Origin: Haloferacaceae archaeon
GTDB taxonomy: Archaea; Halobacteriota; Halobacteria; Halobacteriales; Haloferacaceae
NCBI GenBank assembly: GCA_963715525.1
Contig: OY970248.1
Span: forward strand, 1,272,320-1,336,319
Reading direction: 5' to 3'
Length of the DNA: 64,000 nucleotides
Both the position numbers and the translations under genes were made by a program. The notes beneath the pieces were generated by a model, which was not told where the DNA came from, ran no database searches, and worked only from the letters and a program-made list of their open reading frames with translations. The stretch's first letter is position 1; the number at the start of each line of letters is the position of its first letter. Positions 27,983 through 38,378 of the stretch are shown one piece after another.

Positions 27983-29893
27983 TCAGTCCTGTATCGACTC
28001 GGCTGCTTCGCGCATCTCGCCGTGTTCGGTCACCTCACCAGCCTCGTCGACCGCGGTCGTGAGCGAGACGTTGAGCGACGCCATCGAGCCGACGCCGCCG
28101 ATCATCGTGATGAGGTTCTTGACCGCGTGGTCCAAGACCGCCGCCGCCGCCGCGAGGTCGGGTGAAATCCCGGTCAGGCCGAAGAGGAGGATCGTGAACG
28201 CCGCTTCGTAGAGTCCGATGCCACCTGGCGAGAGCGGAAGTACCTTGGCGAGGTTACCGACGCTGACGGCGAAGAAGCTCACGACGGCGAGCCACACGAG
28301 CGGTTGCGAACTGTGGATGTGCCCCTCCACGTTGAACGCGATCAGGACGACGAACGCGGTCAACACGTCGATCGACCAGATGAGGAGGCTCGCGACTCCG
28401 ACGCGCGCGAACGCTTGCGACGTTCCGGCGACGCGCTGGAGGTCGCCGACGAAGCGTTCGACGATCGCGGCGACGTAATCGGCGTAGGAGTCGTTGCTGA
28501 TGCGTTGGATCGCCGGTCGGACGAGATTTCGGTCCGAGCGCGCGGACGCGACGATCACGACGACGGCGGCGATCGCACCCAACCCGACGAACATCGCTAC
28601 GGCAGTTGCGGCGTGAACCGCCTCCGGGTCGACCGGACTGTTCGGCCCCGCGCCGGTGATGGCGGCGACGACGTCCGCGCTCCGCCCGGTCACGACGAGG
28701 CCGACGAAGACCGTTCCGGCGAGGACGACGAGCGAGAGCAGGTCGAACACACGCTCTGCGGCGAGCGACGCGAACCCGGACGGGTACGGAATCCCGCGAC
28801 GGGCTTTCACCACGTACGCTCGGACGCCGTCACCCAACCGAGCGGGGAAGACGAGGTTCCCGGTCTGACTGATGAAGATCGCCCCGGTCAGGAAGCCGAC
28901 CTTCTCGCGGAAACCGAGTTCCGAGAGGATGTCCCGGTACCGAATCCCGCGGATCGGCCACGAGAACACGTAGATGAACGCCGCGACGGCGACGAGCGAG
29001 AGGTTGGCGTGCTCGATCGACTTGAGGACCTCTTGGACGTGGATGTAGCGCGTCATCAGGAGGAGCGCGACGATCGTCAGCAACACGCCGACGACCATCG
29101 TCACCTGTCGGGTGATCCGCGGTTGGACCGACAGTTGCCACCACGTCCGCAGGATCTGACTCCCCATCCCGAAGATGTCGCGGACGAGGTCGACTTTCGT
29201 GTCTCCCTTCGGTGTCCAGTCGACCGGGAACTCGTCGACGCGGTAGCCCTTTCGTTGGGCACGAACGAGCAACTCGGTATCCCAGAACCAGTGGTTGTCC
29301 TCGACCTCGTCGCTCAGATCGTCGAACGCCTCCCGCGAGAACGCCTTGAAGCCACACTGGTGATCGCGGAGGTCGGAACGAAGGAAGAATCGGACGAGCG
29401 TGTTGTAGGCTCGACTCGGGACGCCCCGTTTGGCCGGCCGGTTGGCCTGGTGGCCCGACATCCAGCGCGAACCGGTGGCGACGTCGTATTCGCCCGATCG
29501 GACTCGCTCGACTAGCTCTTCTAAGTGAGACATATCGGTCGCGAGGTCGGTGTCGAAGTAGACCAGTGTCTCACCGTTCGAGGCGGCGAAGGCGCGTTCG
29601 AGTGCGCCTCCGCGCCCGAGTCGTACGTCGCTGTGGAAGTGCCGGACCCTTGAATCCTCGGCGGCCAACTCGTCTGCGATTTCGGGTGTTCGGTCGTCAC
29701 AGCCGTCTTCTGCGACGATCACCTCGAATGCGTCGGGGGGGAGAAACGTCGATAGCGTAGAGAGCGTGGTACGGACCGTCTCTTCGATGGTCCGCTCCTC
29801 GTTGTAGGCGGGGAGGACGACGCTCACGTCGACAGGGGATGACTCTTCCGAGGCGTGTGCCTCGTCTCGGTCGGTCATTGGGTCCCTTTCCAT
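27983..29893 (-). CDS. family-2 glycosyltransferase fused to flippase-like (LPG-synthase TM / UPF0104) multi-TM domain
   Basis: VSVVLPAYNEE ... DTD ... GT2 catalytic block in the N-terminal 250 aa, followed by ~380 aa of TM helices. Confidence 0.8.
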   Translation of the reverse strand: MERDPMTDRDEAHASEESSPVDVSVVLPAYNEERTIEETVRTTLSTLSTFLPPDAFEVIVAEDGCDDRTPEIADELAAEDSRVRHFHSDVRLGRGGALERAFAASNGETLVYFDTDLATDMSHLEELVERVRSGEYDVATGSRWMSGHQANRPAKRGVPSRAYNTLVRFFLRSDLRDHQCGFKAFSREAFDDLSDEVEDNHWFWDTELLVRAQRKGYRVDEFPVDWTPKGDTKVDLVRDIFGMGSQILRTWWQLSVQPRITRQVTMVVGVLLTIVALLLMTRYIHVQEVLKSIEHANLSLVAVAAFIYVFSWPIRGIRYRDILSELGFREKVGFLTGAIFISQTGNLVFPARLGDGVRAYVVKARRGIPYPSGFASLAAERVFDLLSLVVLAGTVFVGLVVTGRSADVVAAITGAGPNSPVDPEAVHAATAVAMFVGLGAIAAVVVIVASARSDRNLVRPAIQRISNDSYADYVAAIVERFVGDLQRVAGTSQAFARVGVASLLIWSIDVLTAFVVLIAFNVEGHIHSSQPLVWLAVVSFFAVSVGNLAKVLPLSPGGIGLYEAAFTILLFGLTGISPDLAAAAAVLDHAVKNLITMIGGVGSMASLNVSLTTAVDEAGEVTEHGEMREAAESIQD

Positions 29894-30079
29894 GCGGGGA
29901 GGCTAAGAACTTTCTGCCTTCGCAACCAATATGATCGTTCGAAATCGTTAGGCGATTGTACCCAACGACTACCAAGGGGACGAACTCGAAGGGACCTTCT
30001 TCGTCAAAAATCGACAGACGGCTCGGTGTTAACCGGACGTACCAAATCCACTATACCGTCTAAGCTCTTGTTGAGAGAC

Positions 30080-30328
30080 ATGAGTGCGAGTGCCGCAGTC
30101 AGTGACCCGACCACCGACCTCACCGACAAGCAGCGACAGATCCTTCAGTACCTCCGCGACAACGGCCAGACGAAGACCTACTTCAAGTCGCGCCTGATCG
30201 CCGACGACCTGGGACTGACGGCCAAGGAAGTCGGTGCCAACATGAGCCCCATTCTGAACGGGAGCTTCGACGTGCAGGTCGAGAAGTGGGGATACTCTTC
30301 GGGAACGACCTGGAAAGTCAGCGTCTAA
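30080..30328 (+). CDS. small conserved haloarchaeal protein (82 aa), possible HTH
   Basis: High-GC3 ORF with a convincing start; no partner ORF on the opposite strand. Confidence 0.5.
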   Translation: MSASAAVSDPTTDLTDKQRQILQYLRDNGQTKTYFKSRLIADDLGLTAKEVGANMSPILNGSFDVQVEKWGYSSGTTWKVSV

Positions 30329-30673
30329 GCGGTCTCGTACCAGACGACACGCGACACGGGGGGGAGTGTCTATTTGTCATTCTTCTTTCCTTTTCGCGGC
30401 TCGTACCCTGCTCTCGCCGAGAGCGCGTCGCTCTCTCGTTCGAGTAGTTTGGTCGTCGTCCGGACGTACTCGTCGTAGACTCGGCCGGCAGGTCCGGTCG
30501 CGAGCGGATCGACGAGTCGCCGACGCAGTCGCTCGCGTCCCGCTTTTCTGAGCAGATAGTCGATCGGTGAATACTTCCTCGGCCCGTACACGTCGACTCC
30601 GAAGAGTGGCTGACGAGCCGTCGACTCCGCTCGGCGGCGGAGAGTGGGAAAATATCCGTTCCGTTCACGCGCG

Positions 30674-31315
30674 CTACGGATCGAAGCGGATGTACTGGTT
30701 GGCGTCGGCCGCGAACGACATGGCGTCGTCGCCGAACGAATCGGCGTATCGAACGAGTAACGTGATGACGACTTCCGGTCGCCGGACCGTGTACCCGTCC
30801 TCGCGCGAGAGCAGTCCCGCGGCATCGAGTTGTTTGGCGTACTTGCTTACCGTCGGTCGGGACACGTCGAGCGCGTCGGCGAGTTGACCGCCCGTTGCGT
30901 CGGGATCGCGGAGCAGTTCGATGAGCATCCCGCGTGGCGTGCGTCGGCGCAGGTAACCGAGCGCGGTCTGTTCGAATTCCGTGAACTGATTCGCGGGGAA
31001 AAACCGCCGGTAATCGCCGTCGCGTTTCGATTGGACAGCCCCCTCGGATATCAGGCGACGGAGATGGTGCTGTGTCTCGCCGGTTCCGAGTTTGAGGTCG
31101 TCCCGTATCTTCGAGAAGTGTGCGCCGGGCGTCGTCGAGAGATATCCGACGATCGCGTCGCGTGCGTTGCTTCGACTCCGATCGCTGGACCCCTCCCCGA
31201 GTCCAACGAACGGTGACGCTGCCCCGAGTGCAGCGAATCGCCGGAGTGTCGCACGTTTGTCTTCGTCGACGTCAGTCGACGTGGACCGATCGCTCCCCCT
31301 CCCTCCTCTAGCCAT
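30674..31315 (-). CDS. transcriptional regulator with two winged-helix HTH domains
   Basis: HFSKIRDDLKLGTGETQHHLRRLISEGAV and GGQLADALDVSRPTVSKYAKQLDAAGLL are ArsR/TrmB-like wHTH segments. The Arg-rich N-terminal 53 aa of the ORF were excluded. Confidence 0.65.
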   Translation of the reverse strand: MARGGRGSDRSTSTDVDEDKRATLRRFAALGAASPFVGLGEGSSDRSRSNARDAIVGYLSTTPGAHFSKIRDDLKLGTGETQHHLRRLISEGAVQSKRDGDYRRFFPANQFTEFEQTALGYLRRRTPRGMLIELLRDPDATGGQLADALDVSRPTVSKYAKQLDAAGLLSREDGYTVRRPEVVITLLVRYADSFGDDAMSFAADANQYIRFDP

Positions 31316-31364
31316 TCGTTTGTCATACGACGCCGGAGTAAGAAAAGACTTCCGTACCGACCGA

Positions 31365-32636
31365 TCACTCGACTTCGCGGTCGAACTCCATCTCGTCATC
31401 CGATTTGGAGTCCTTCGTGTGATCCTCGTCGGTCGTTTGATCATTCGTCGCGGCGCTGTCCTCAGCGCCCGCACCGTCTGCGAGCTCAGCGTTGTCGACT
31501 GCCTCGTCGGCCGGGGCGATCTGGTCTTCCTCGTTGGCTTCCGCGATGATCTCTTCGGCGCTCTTCATATCGACGCCCTCTCCGGCTTTGATCGCTTCGG
31601 CCTCCTGTTCAAGTTGTTGTACGTCCATCTCGGCGGCGTCGTCGATCTGTCCGATGATCTCTTCGATGTCGTCGAGACCGATGAGTTCGCGCGTCTCCGC
31701 GTCGAATTCGAGCGAGTCGAGGCCCTCTGTGTCCTGTACGTCGCTGCCGGTCAACTGCTTGCCGTAGCGGCCGACGAGCGAGGTGAGTTCCTGCGGGAGC
31801 ACGAACGTCGTCGACTCGCTCTGGCCGATGTTGGAGAGCGTCTCCATTCCCTTGTCGATGATGGCGCGCTCGCCCATCGATTCGGCGGATTTCGCACGGA
31901 GGACCGTCGAGATAGCGTCACCTTGCGCTTCGAGGATCTGCGACTGCTTCTCACCTTGCGCGCGGATGATGTTCGACTGCTTCTCACCCTCCGCTTCCTC
32001 GACGGCACTGCGGCGTTCGCCTTGTGCTTCGAGGATCATCGCACGGCGACGACGCTCGGCGGACGTCTGCTGCTCCATCGCCTGCTGGACGTCGGCGCTC
32101 GGGTTCACTTCACGCACTTCGACGGACTCGACGCGGATCCCCCACTCGTCGGTGGGTTCGTCGAGTTCGCGGCGGATGCGCGCGTTGATCTCCTGGCGCT
32201 TGTTCAGCGTGTCGTCGAGTTCCATGTCGCCGAGTACGGCGCGCAGCGTCGTCTGCGCGAGGTTCGAGACGGCGGTCTTGTAGTTCTCGACCTCGAGGAA
32301 GGCTTTCTTCGCGTCCATCACTTTGATGTAGACGACGGCGTCGGCGGTGACCGGCGAGTTGTCTTTCGTGATGGCTTCCTGTCGGGGGACGTCGAGCGTC
32401 TGCGTCCGCATATCGAACGGATACGTTCGGGAGACGAACGGCGGGACGAAGTTGATACCTGGTTCGAGCAGTTTGCGGTACTCCCCGAACACCGTCAGCG
32501 CGCGCTTCTCGTACGCGTTGACGATCTCGACCATCTGGTAGACGACCAGGACGGCCAATAGCAGTACTAACAGTCCGACGAAGGCCACGACGAGGCCACC
32601 CGCGGACTGTAACGGGACTAATGGTGCGGGAACCAT
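31365..32636 (-). CDS. SPFH/band-7 (stomatin/prohibitin-like) membrane protein with acidic C-terminal tail
   Basis: N-terminal TM helix, then an SPFH core (VVYIKVMDAKKAFLEVENY...), coiled-coil EAQGE repeats. Confidence 0.85.
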   Translation of the reverse strand: MVPAPLVPLQSAGGLVVAFVGLLVLLLAVLVVYQMVEIVNAYEKRALTVFGEYRKLLEPGINFVPPFVSRTYPFDMRTQTLDVPRQEAITKDNSPVTADAVVYIKVMDAKKAFLEVENYKTAVSNLAQTTLRAVLGDMELDDTLNKRQEINARIRRELDEPTDEWGIRVESVEVREVNPSADVQQAMEQQTSAERRRRAMILEAQGERRSAVEEAEGEKQSNIIRAQGEKQSQILEAQGDAISTVLRAKSAESMGERAIIDKGMETLSNIGQSESTTFVLPQELTSLVGRYGKQLTGSDVQDTEGLDSLEFDAETRELIGLDDIEEIIGQIDDAAEMDVQQLEQEAEAIKAGEGVDMKSAEEIIAEANEEDQIAPADEAVDNAELADGAGAEDSAATNDQTTDEDHTKDSKSDDEMEFDREVE

Positions 32637-32728
32637 ATTCGCATCTTGGCATGTCCACCTGATAATACTTTGCCCGTCGGTCCGGGTTCGTGGCGTCGCC
32701 GACGGGACATGTCGTCCGCCGTGGGCGG

Positions 32729-33349
32729 TCAGGCTCGTTCGGTCTCGGTGTCGACTTCGGAGTCACCGTCTCGCTTTTCGCCCGTCGACCGAGTTTCGTC
32801 CGTTTCACGGTTGCTTCTCGCTCGTTCGCGTCGGAGTTCGCGGTCGATCTCGTCTTCGGAGGGGCCGAGCGATTCGACCGTGAGCACGTTCCCCCCGCCG
32901 GGGTCGACGACGACGACCTCTTCGCCCTCGGGGATCTCACCGTGGACCGACCGCGCGGCGTAGTACGGGTTGAATCCGCCGCCCGCGAGTTTGATCTCGC
33001 CTTCGGTCGGCGAGACGCGCGACGTGACGCGGCCGGTCTTGCCCTTCAGCGAGTCGGAGTCGCTCGTCTGGCCGGTTCCCTTGCCGCCGTAGATGTCGAA
33101 CCGACGGTAGCCGTAGAGGGTGAGTCCACCGAAGACGAGAACGAGCCCTGCGAGTACGATCGGACTGGCGAGCGGACCGAGTAGCAGTCCAATGAGGCCA
33201 GCGACGAGGAGAGCGACCCCGAGAACCACGAGGTGGGCACCGGGAGCGAGCGCTTCGGCCGCCGCGAGGAGGATTCCCGCCACTACGAGCAACAACGAGA
33301 GCGTTTCCGGCGGGATGCCAGCTTGCAGCGGTGCGAGGAAACCGAGCAT
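32729..33349 (-). CDS. NfeD-family membrane protein (partner of SPFH)
   Basis: N-terminal TM helices plus a C-terminal OB-fold beta domain (GKTGRVTSRVSPTEGEIKLAGGG). Lies directly upstream of the SPFH gene on the same strand. Confidence 0.8.
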   Translation of the reverse strand: MLGFLAPLQAGIPPETLSLLLVVAGILLAAAEALAPGAHLVVLGVALLVAGLIGLLLGPLASPIVLAGLVLVFGGLTLYGYRRFDIYGGKGTGQTSDSDSLKGKTGRVTSRVSPTEGEIKLAGGGFNPYYAARSVHGEIPEGEEVVVVDPGGGNVLTVESLGPSEDEIDRELRRERARSNRETDETRSTGEKRDGDSEVDTETERA

Positions 33350-33380
33350 ACTGTCAGATATGGGAGGGAGCGGTTAAACG

Positions 33381-33584
33381 TTACTTGGGGAGTAGGGTGA
33401 CGAATACGACGATCGTTCCGACGACGCCGAGGGCGACGAAGAACGCGTTTTCGAGCGACGGCGACTCCGGTTCTAGCGGCGGTAACTCCGGACGTTCGTC
33501 TTCCGGTTCGGCGTCCTCACCGACTTCGTCGATACCGAATCGCCACTCCGATTCGGCCTGCGGGTCCCCCCGCGAATCAGTCAT
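33381..33584 (-). CDS. small acidic protein with C-terminal TM helix
   Basis: 67 aa; acidic N-terminal half; hydrophobic tail FFVALGVVGTIVVFVTLL. Confidence 0.45.
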   Translation of the reverse strand: MTDSRGDPQAESEWRFGIDEVGEDAEPEDERPELPPLEPESPSLENAFFVALGVVGTIVVFVTLLPK

Positions 33585-33680
33585 ACACTACGGTACGCGA
33601 CCGACGACCAAAGGCGTACCGCCGTCGACTCGTTAGCGGAGAGCGATCGACGCCGTCAGAGAAGGTAATCGGCCGACGAG

Positions 33681-35435
33681 TCAGGGTCTCGGCTGCGGCT
33701 TCAGGACGTCGCCTTCGTAGACGACACCGCGTTCGGCGTCGAGCGTGACGGTCGATCCGTCGGCCATCGTGTCCGGGAGGGGTGCGCCGCTGACCATCGG
33801 CAGATCGAGTTCGCGTGCGACCAGTGCGGGGTACCCGGTCATCCCGGCACGGGCGTCGACGATTCCGGCCAGTTTCTCGGCGTCGCCGACGAACTCCCCG
33901 TCGAAGTCCGCGGGCAGGACGAGCACCGCACCCTTCGGGAGGTCGGTCAGGTCGCCGTCCCTGACGCGGTATGCCGGTCCGGAGACGCGACCGCCCACGA
34001 TCTTCCGACCCGTCGCGATCGCCTCGGCGGCGACGTGGACTTTCAGCATGTTCGTCGAGTGGGTTCCTTCCAACTCGGTCATCATACCCGAGAGGACGAC
34101 GACCGTGTCGCCGCTGCGGGCGGCCCCGGCGTCGATGGCGGCCGTGACGGCTCCTTCGATGATGGAGTCGACGCCCTCGGCGTAATCGGCGTACTGGGAC
34201 TTGACGCCCCACGAGAGCGCGAGTTGGCGGCGGACGCGGTCGTTCGGCGTCGTCGCCACGACCGGAACGCTCGGGCGGAACTGCGCGGTCTTACGGGCGG
34301 TGTAGCCGGACTCGGACGCGGCGACGACCGCCGACGCGCCGATGTCGCGGGCGAGGTATCGCGCCGACCGAGCGAGCGCTTCCGTCCGGGACTCCTCGCT
34401 CGCGGTCGGGACGCGCTGTTCCTGGCTGTCGTAGTACTCGCCGCTCGATTCGACTTCGCGGACGATCCGATCCATCGTCTCGACGACGCGAACCGGGTGG
34501 TCGCCGACGGCCGTCTCTCCCGACAGCATCACGGCGTCGGTGCCGTCTAAGACGGCGTTGGCCACGTCGGAGGCCTCGGCGCGCGTCGGTCGGCGGGAGT
34601 GGATCATCGAGTCGAGCATCTCGGTCGCGGTGATGACCGGGACGCCGTTGGCGACGCACTTTCGGATGATGCGCTTCTGGATCATCGGCACGTCCTCTAG
34701 CGGGCACTCGACGCCGAGGTCGCCGCGGGCGACCATCACGCCGTAGGACGCGTCGATGATGCTATCGAGGTTGTCGACGGCACCTGCACGCTCGATCTTG
34801 GCGACGACGGGGATCTCCGCGCCGAGTTCTTCGAGCGCGTCGCTGATCGCGTACACGTCGCCCCCGTCGCGGACGAAACTCGCGGCGACGAAGTCCGCGT
34901 TCTTCTCGGCGGCGACCTCCAACTCGCGGCGGTCGCCTTCGGTGATGAGGTCGATGTCGAGATCGACGCCGGGGAGGTTGACGCCCTTCCGGCCGCCGAG
35001 TTGGCCGCCGGAGACGATGGTGGCGACGACGCCGTCGTCGTCGACGCGGTCGACGGTCGCCTCGATGCGGCCGTCGTCGAGCAGGATCGTGTCGCCCGCT
35101 TCCGCGGCCGTGATCGAGTACGAGAGGCCGACTTCCTCGGCCGTCGCCGTGTCTCCCTCGGAGAATCGGACTTCCGAACCCGTTTCGAGGTGGATCGGGT
35201 CTTCGAGCGGTGCGGTCCGAACTTCGGGCCCTTGGAGGTCGACCATGGCGGCGACCGGCGGTTCGGTCGCGGCGTCGACAGCGCGGATCCGGTCGATGAC
35301 TTCGGCGCGGTGCTCGGGTGTCCCGTGGCTGGCGTTGAGCCGCGCCACGGACATCCCGGCGTCGACGAGGTCCCGAATAGTCCCTCTGTCGTCCGACGCT
35401 GGCCCCAGCGTGCAGACGATTTTCGCGTTTCTCAT
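33681..35435 (-). CDS. pyk: pyruvate kinase
   Basis: MRNAKIVCTLGP N-terminus and PK barrel motifs. ATG at 35435; the ORF's first codon at 35444 is GTG. Confidence 0.85.
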   Translation of the reverse strand: MRNAKIVCTLGPASDDRGTIRDLVDAGMSVARLNASHGTPEHRAEVIDRIRAVDAATEPPVAAMVDLQGPEVRTAPLEDPIHLETGSEVRFSEGDTATAEEVGLSYSITAAEAGDTILLDDGRIEATVDRVDDDGVVATIVSGGQLGGRKGVNLPGVDLDIDLITEGDRRELEVAAEKNADFVAASFVRDGGDVYAISDALEELGAEIPVVAKIERAGAVDNLDSIIDASYGVMVARGDLGVECPLEDVPMIQKRIIRKCVANGVPVITATEMLDSMIHSRRPTRAEASDVANAVLDGTDAVMLSGETAVGDHPVRVVETMDRIVREVESSGEYYDSQEQRVPTASEESRTEALARSARYLARDIGASAVVAASESGYTARKTAQFRPSVPVVATTPNDRVRRQLALSWGVKSQYADYAEGVDSIIEGAVTAAIDAGAARSGDTVVVLSGMMTELEGTHSTNMLKVHVAAEAIATGRKIVGGRVSGPAYRVRDGDLTDLPKGAVLVLPADFDGEFVGDAEKLAGIVDARAGMTGYPALVARELDLPMVSGAPLPDTMADGSTVTLDAERGVVYEGDVLKPQPRP

Positions 35436-35573
35436 GCGCGCCACTACGCCCGACCCCCTGAAAAAGCCCGACGATACTACTGAACTGCGAGTAAAATTCG
35501 TCCGGATAGACAGTCCGTGCGATACGTAGTCGTTCGGAGCGCGTGCGTTCGAAGGGGACGAACTCCCCCTCTC

Positions 35574-36083
35574 TCACACCGGGTAGACGTACGCCTCGGG
35601 GTTCGTGTACGGTTCGACGATCACGTCGCCGCGGCGTCGAGCGGCGGTGAGCATTCCGTCTGCCTGTCGCCGTTCGAGTCCGGCAATCGCCTCCATCGCC
35701 AGCAGGAGTTCGTTACGGATGATGTCGCGGCCCATTTGATCGTCCATGATCTCGACGAGCGCTGCGATCGACTCCGTCTCGGCGTATCGCTCGTGCCAAC
35801 TCGCCGGATAAGCGCTGACGTTGTCGCCGATGCGGTAGTACGCCTCGTCCGAGTGCCACTCCGCGCCGTCGACTAACCTCGCCTCGATGTCATGTTCCTC
35901 GGCGTCGGCGTCGTTGTCCAACGCCGCCGCGTAGGCCTCGACGAGTCCCTCCGGAACGCCCGGGTGGTACTCCGGGTGATGTCGTTCGACGAACCGCACG
36001 ATGTGGGGCCAGTGCTGGGTCTCGTGGGACTGGAATTCGCGGAAGACCTCCCCGTCTACTCCGTATTTATTTTGATCGTTCAT
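35574..36083 (-). CDS. conserved hypothetical acidic protein
   Basis: High-GC3 ORF with an acidic composition. No recognised domain. Confidence 0.55.
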   Translation of the reverse strand: MNDQNKYGVDGEVFREFQSHETQHWPHIVRFVERHHPEYHPGVPEGLVEAYAAALDNDADAEEHDIEARLVDGAEWHSDEAYYRIGDNVSAYPASWHERYAETESIAALVEIMDDQMGRDIIRNELLLAMEAIAGLERRQADGMLTAARRRGDVIVEPYTNPEAYVYPV

Positions 36084-36182
36084 GATAGTCGAGGGCAGAA
36101 TACGCTGTCCGAACGAATAAAGACGTACGTCCGTCGGGTCCGACGGTCACGCTTTTTGTACGATGCTCCCGAGGTACGTTCC

Positions 36183-37340
36183 ATGTACCCACGACTCACT
36201 GATCGCGTTCGAACGGTCGAACGGTCCCCGATCCGGTCGATGTACGACCTCGCCGAACGGCTCGGCGGCGACCTCGTCCGACTCGAAGTGGGCGAACCGG
36301 ACTTCGACACGCCCGCACACGTCATCGAGGCCGCACACGAGGCCGCGGTGAGCGGGGAGACCCACTACACGCCTAACGCCGGAATCGCGCCGCTCCGCGA
36401 GGCGGTCAGCGAGACGATGGCGCGCGACCACGGCGTCGATGTTCCGCCAGAGGGCGTCGTCGTCACCAACGGCGGGATGGAAGCCGTCTACCTCGTCGGG
36501 CTCTCGGTCATCGACCCCGGCGAGGAGGTGCTGCTGCCGTCGCCGACGTACACGAACTACTGGGCGCAGGTGCAGTTAGCCGGTGGCGTCCCCGTCGAGG
36601 TGCCGATGTCGCCCGCGGACGGCTTCGACTTAGACGCCGACCGCGTGATCGAAGCCATGGGACCGGACACCGCGGCGATCGTTCTCAGTTCGCCGTCGAA
36701 TCCGACCGGTCGGGTGTTCGATCCCGAACCGCTCAAGGCGATCGTGGAAGCCGCCGAGGACGTCGACGTGACAGTCGTCGCCGACGAGGTGTACGCGGGC
36801 CTCGTCTACGATCGGGAGTTCGTCGGCACCGCCGCGCTCACGGGTCACCCGGACAACGTCGTCACGATCGGGTCGTGTTCGAAGACCTACGCGATGACCG
36901 GCTGGCGCGTCGGCTGGCTGGCCGGATCGCCCGCACTCGCCGACGAGGTGACGAAGATTCGGGAGGCCGTCACGTCGTGCACGTCGACGCCGAGTCAGTA
37001 CGCGGCGCTGGCGGCGCTGAACGGACCTCAAGAATCAGTCGCCGAGATGTACGAGCAGTTCAAAGCGCGCCGAGACTACGTCGTCGACCGCGTCGCCGAG
37101 ATCGACGGCCTGTCGTGTCCGCGACCGGAGGGCGCGTTCTACGCGTTCGTGAAACCCGAGTTAGAGGGCGATAGCGTCGTCGTCGCCGAGCGACTCCTCC
37201 GGGAGTACGGCGTCGTTCTCGCGCCGGGGAGCGCCTTCGGCGACGCTGGCGAGTCGTATCTCCGATTGAGTTTCGCCAACAGTCTCGACCGACTGGAGGC
37301 GGGCTTCGACAGGATCGAGCGGGCGCTCGACGAGGCGTGA
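36183..37340 (+). CDS. class I/II pyridoxal-phosphate aminotransferase (aspartate aminotransferase-like)
   Basis: SCSKTYAMTGWRVGW (PLP-lysine motif). Preceding NPTGRV motif. Confidence 0.85.
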   Translation: MYPRLTDRVRTVERSPIRSMYDLAERLGGDLVRLEVGEPDFDTPAHVIEAAHEAAVSGETHYTPNAGIAPLREAVSETMARDHGVDVPPEGVVVTNGGMEAVYLVGLSVIDPGEEVLLPSPTYTNYWAQVQLAGGVPVEVPMSPADGFDLDADRVIEAMGPDTAAIVLSSPSNPTGRVFDPEPLKAIVEAAEDVDVTVVADEVYAGLVYDREFVGTAALTGHPDNVVTIGSCSKTYAMTGWRVGWLAGSPALADEVTKIREAVTSCTSTPSQYAALAALNGPQESVAEMYEQFKARRDYVVDRVAEIDGLSCPRPEGAFYAFVKPELEGDSVVVAERLLREYGVVLAPGSAFGDAGESYLRLSFANSLDRLEAGFDRIERALDEA

Positions 37341-37415
37341 GCGAGCGTCGAACCGAACAGGGACCGGCGGTCGAAGCGAGAGTCGACAGTCGAAGTGAGG
37401 GCCGGCGGTCGGCCC

Positions 37416-38378
37416 TCAGTCGTCAGCGGGGATAATTCGAGACTCGCGCTCGTTGAGGTCGACCCCGACGCCCTCCGGAGTGAGGGTGTCCGGGAGTCCG
37501 CCCTCGCCGTCGCCGGTGATGTCGGCGAGGATCTCTTTCAGATACGCGTTGAACAGTACCGGATTCTCGCTCATCGGGAAGTGCCCGATCTCGGCTACCT
37601 CGACGGCGACTGCCCCGTCTCCGACTCCCTCGGCCACTTCACGGCCGTCCTCGGGCGTCGTGAGGTAGTCGTATTCGCCGTTGACGACGTAGAGCGGACA
37701 GGCCTCCGCGTCGATGTCTCCGAGTTTATCGCGGTAGTCGTGGTCGACCGAGTAGTAGTACAGGTCGCCTTTGAACACGCCCGTCGCACCCTGTTCGTAG
37801 AGGTACATCGTCTCGCGGCGGGCCGATTCGGGGCTCTGCTTCGCCATGAGCCCCCAACAGGCGTAGGCGTTTACTTCGGTCGTGTTGACGTGCGAGTGAT
37901 CGAGCCAGTCGATGTAGAAGCCGGGGCTGTACGCGCCACACTCCAGTCCGATGAGGGCGCGGAACCGATCGGGATACCAGTCGGCCAGTTCGAGGGCGAC
38001 GTTCCCGCCCATCGACGATCCCATGTAGATCGGGTCTTCGAGTTCGAGGGCGTCGGCGATGCCGACGATGGTTTCGGTGAACCGTTTCGCGTCGAGGAGG
38101 TAGTCTTTCGTCCACCACTCCTGGCCCTGCGGCGGGACGGATTTACCGTGGAACGGGAGGTCGTACGCGATGACGCGGAAGTCCTCGGTGAGTTCCTCGT
38201 CGGCGAGGAGGTGTCGCCACTCCTGATTGTTACAGCCCGCAGTGTGCTGGCAGAGGAGCGGAATGCCGTCTTCGGGGCCGTTCTCCTCGAAGTAGATGCG
38301 GTGGTCCGTCCCGTCGATGTCGACGTGGACGTACTTGCCGGTGATCGGTTCGATGGTTCCGGGTTCGAAGCGTTCCAT
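37416..38378 (-). CDS. alpha/beta hydrolase fold protein
   Basis: GSSMGG nucleophile-elbow motif; HGK..... region. Start at internal Met overlaps the upstream gene stop (TAATG). Confidence 0.8.
   Translation of the reverse strand: MERFEPGTIEPITGKYVHVDIDGTDHRIYFEENGPEDGIPLLCQHTAGCNNQEWRHLLADEELTEDFRVIAYDLPFHGKSVPPQGQEWWTKDYLLDAKRFTETIVGIADALELEDPIYMGSSMGGNVALELADWYPDRFRALIGLECGAYSPGFYIDWLDHSHVNTTEVNAYACWGLMAKQSPESARRETMYLYEQGATGVFKGDLYYYSVDHDYRDKLGDIDAEACPLYVVNGEYDYLTTPEDGREVAEGVGDGAVAVEVAEIGHFPMSENPVLFNAYLKEILADITGDGEGGLPDTLTPEGVGVDLNERESRIIPADD

Noticed and set aside
30370-30825. 151-aa minus-strand ORF partly in the 345-bp gap downstream of the small HTH-like gene
   Set aside because: Its first 50 codons overlap the wHTH regulator gene in another frame. 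The non-overlapping part has no internal Met (only a GTG), has many A-ending codons (aga, aaa, cga, gga) atypical for this genome, and an Arg/Lys-rich composition.
31092-32561. 489-aa plus-strand ORF antisense to the SPFH gene
   Set aside because: Shadow ORF. The SPFH protein on the minus strand has a TM anchor, band-7 core and coiled coil.
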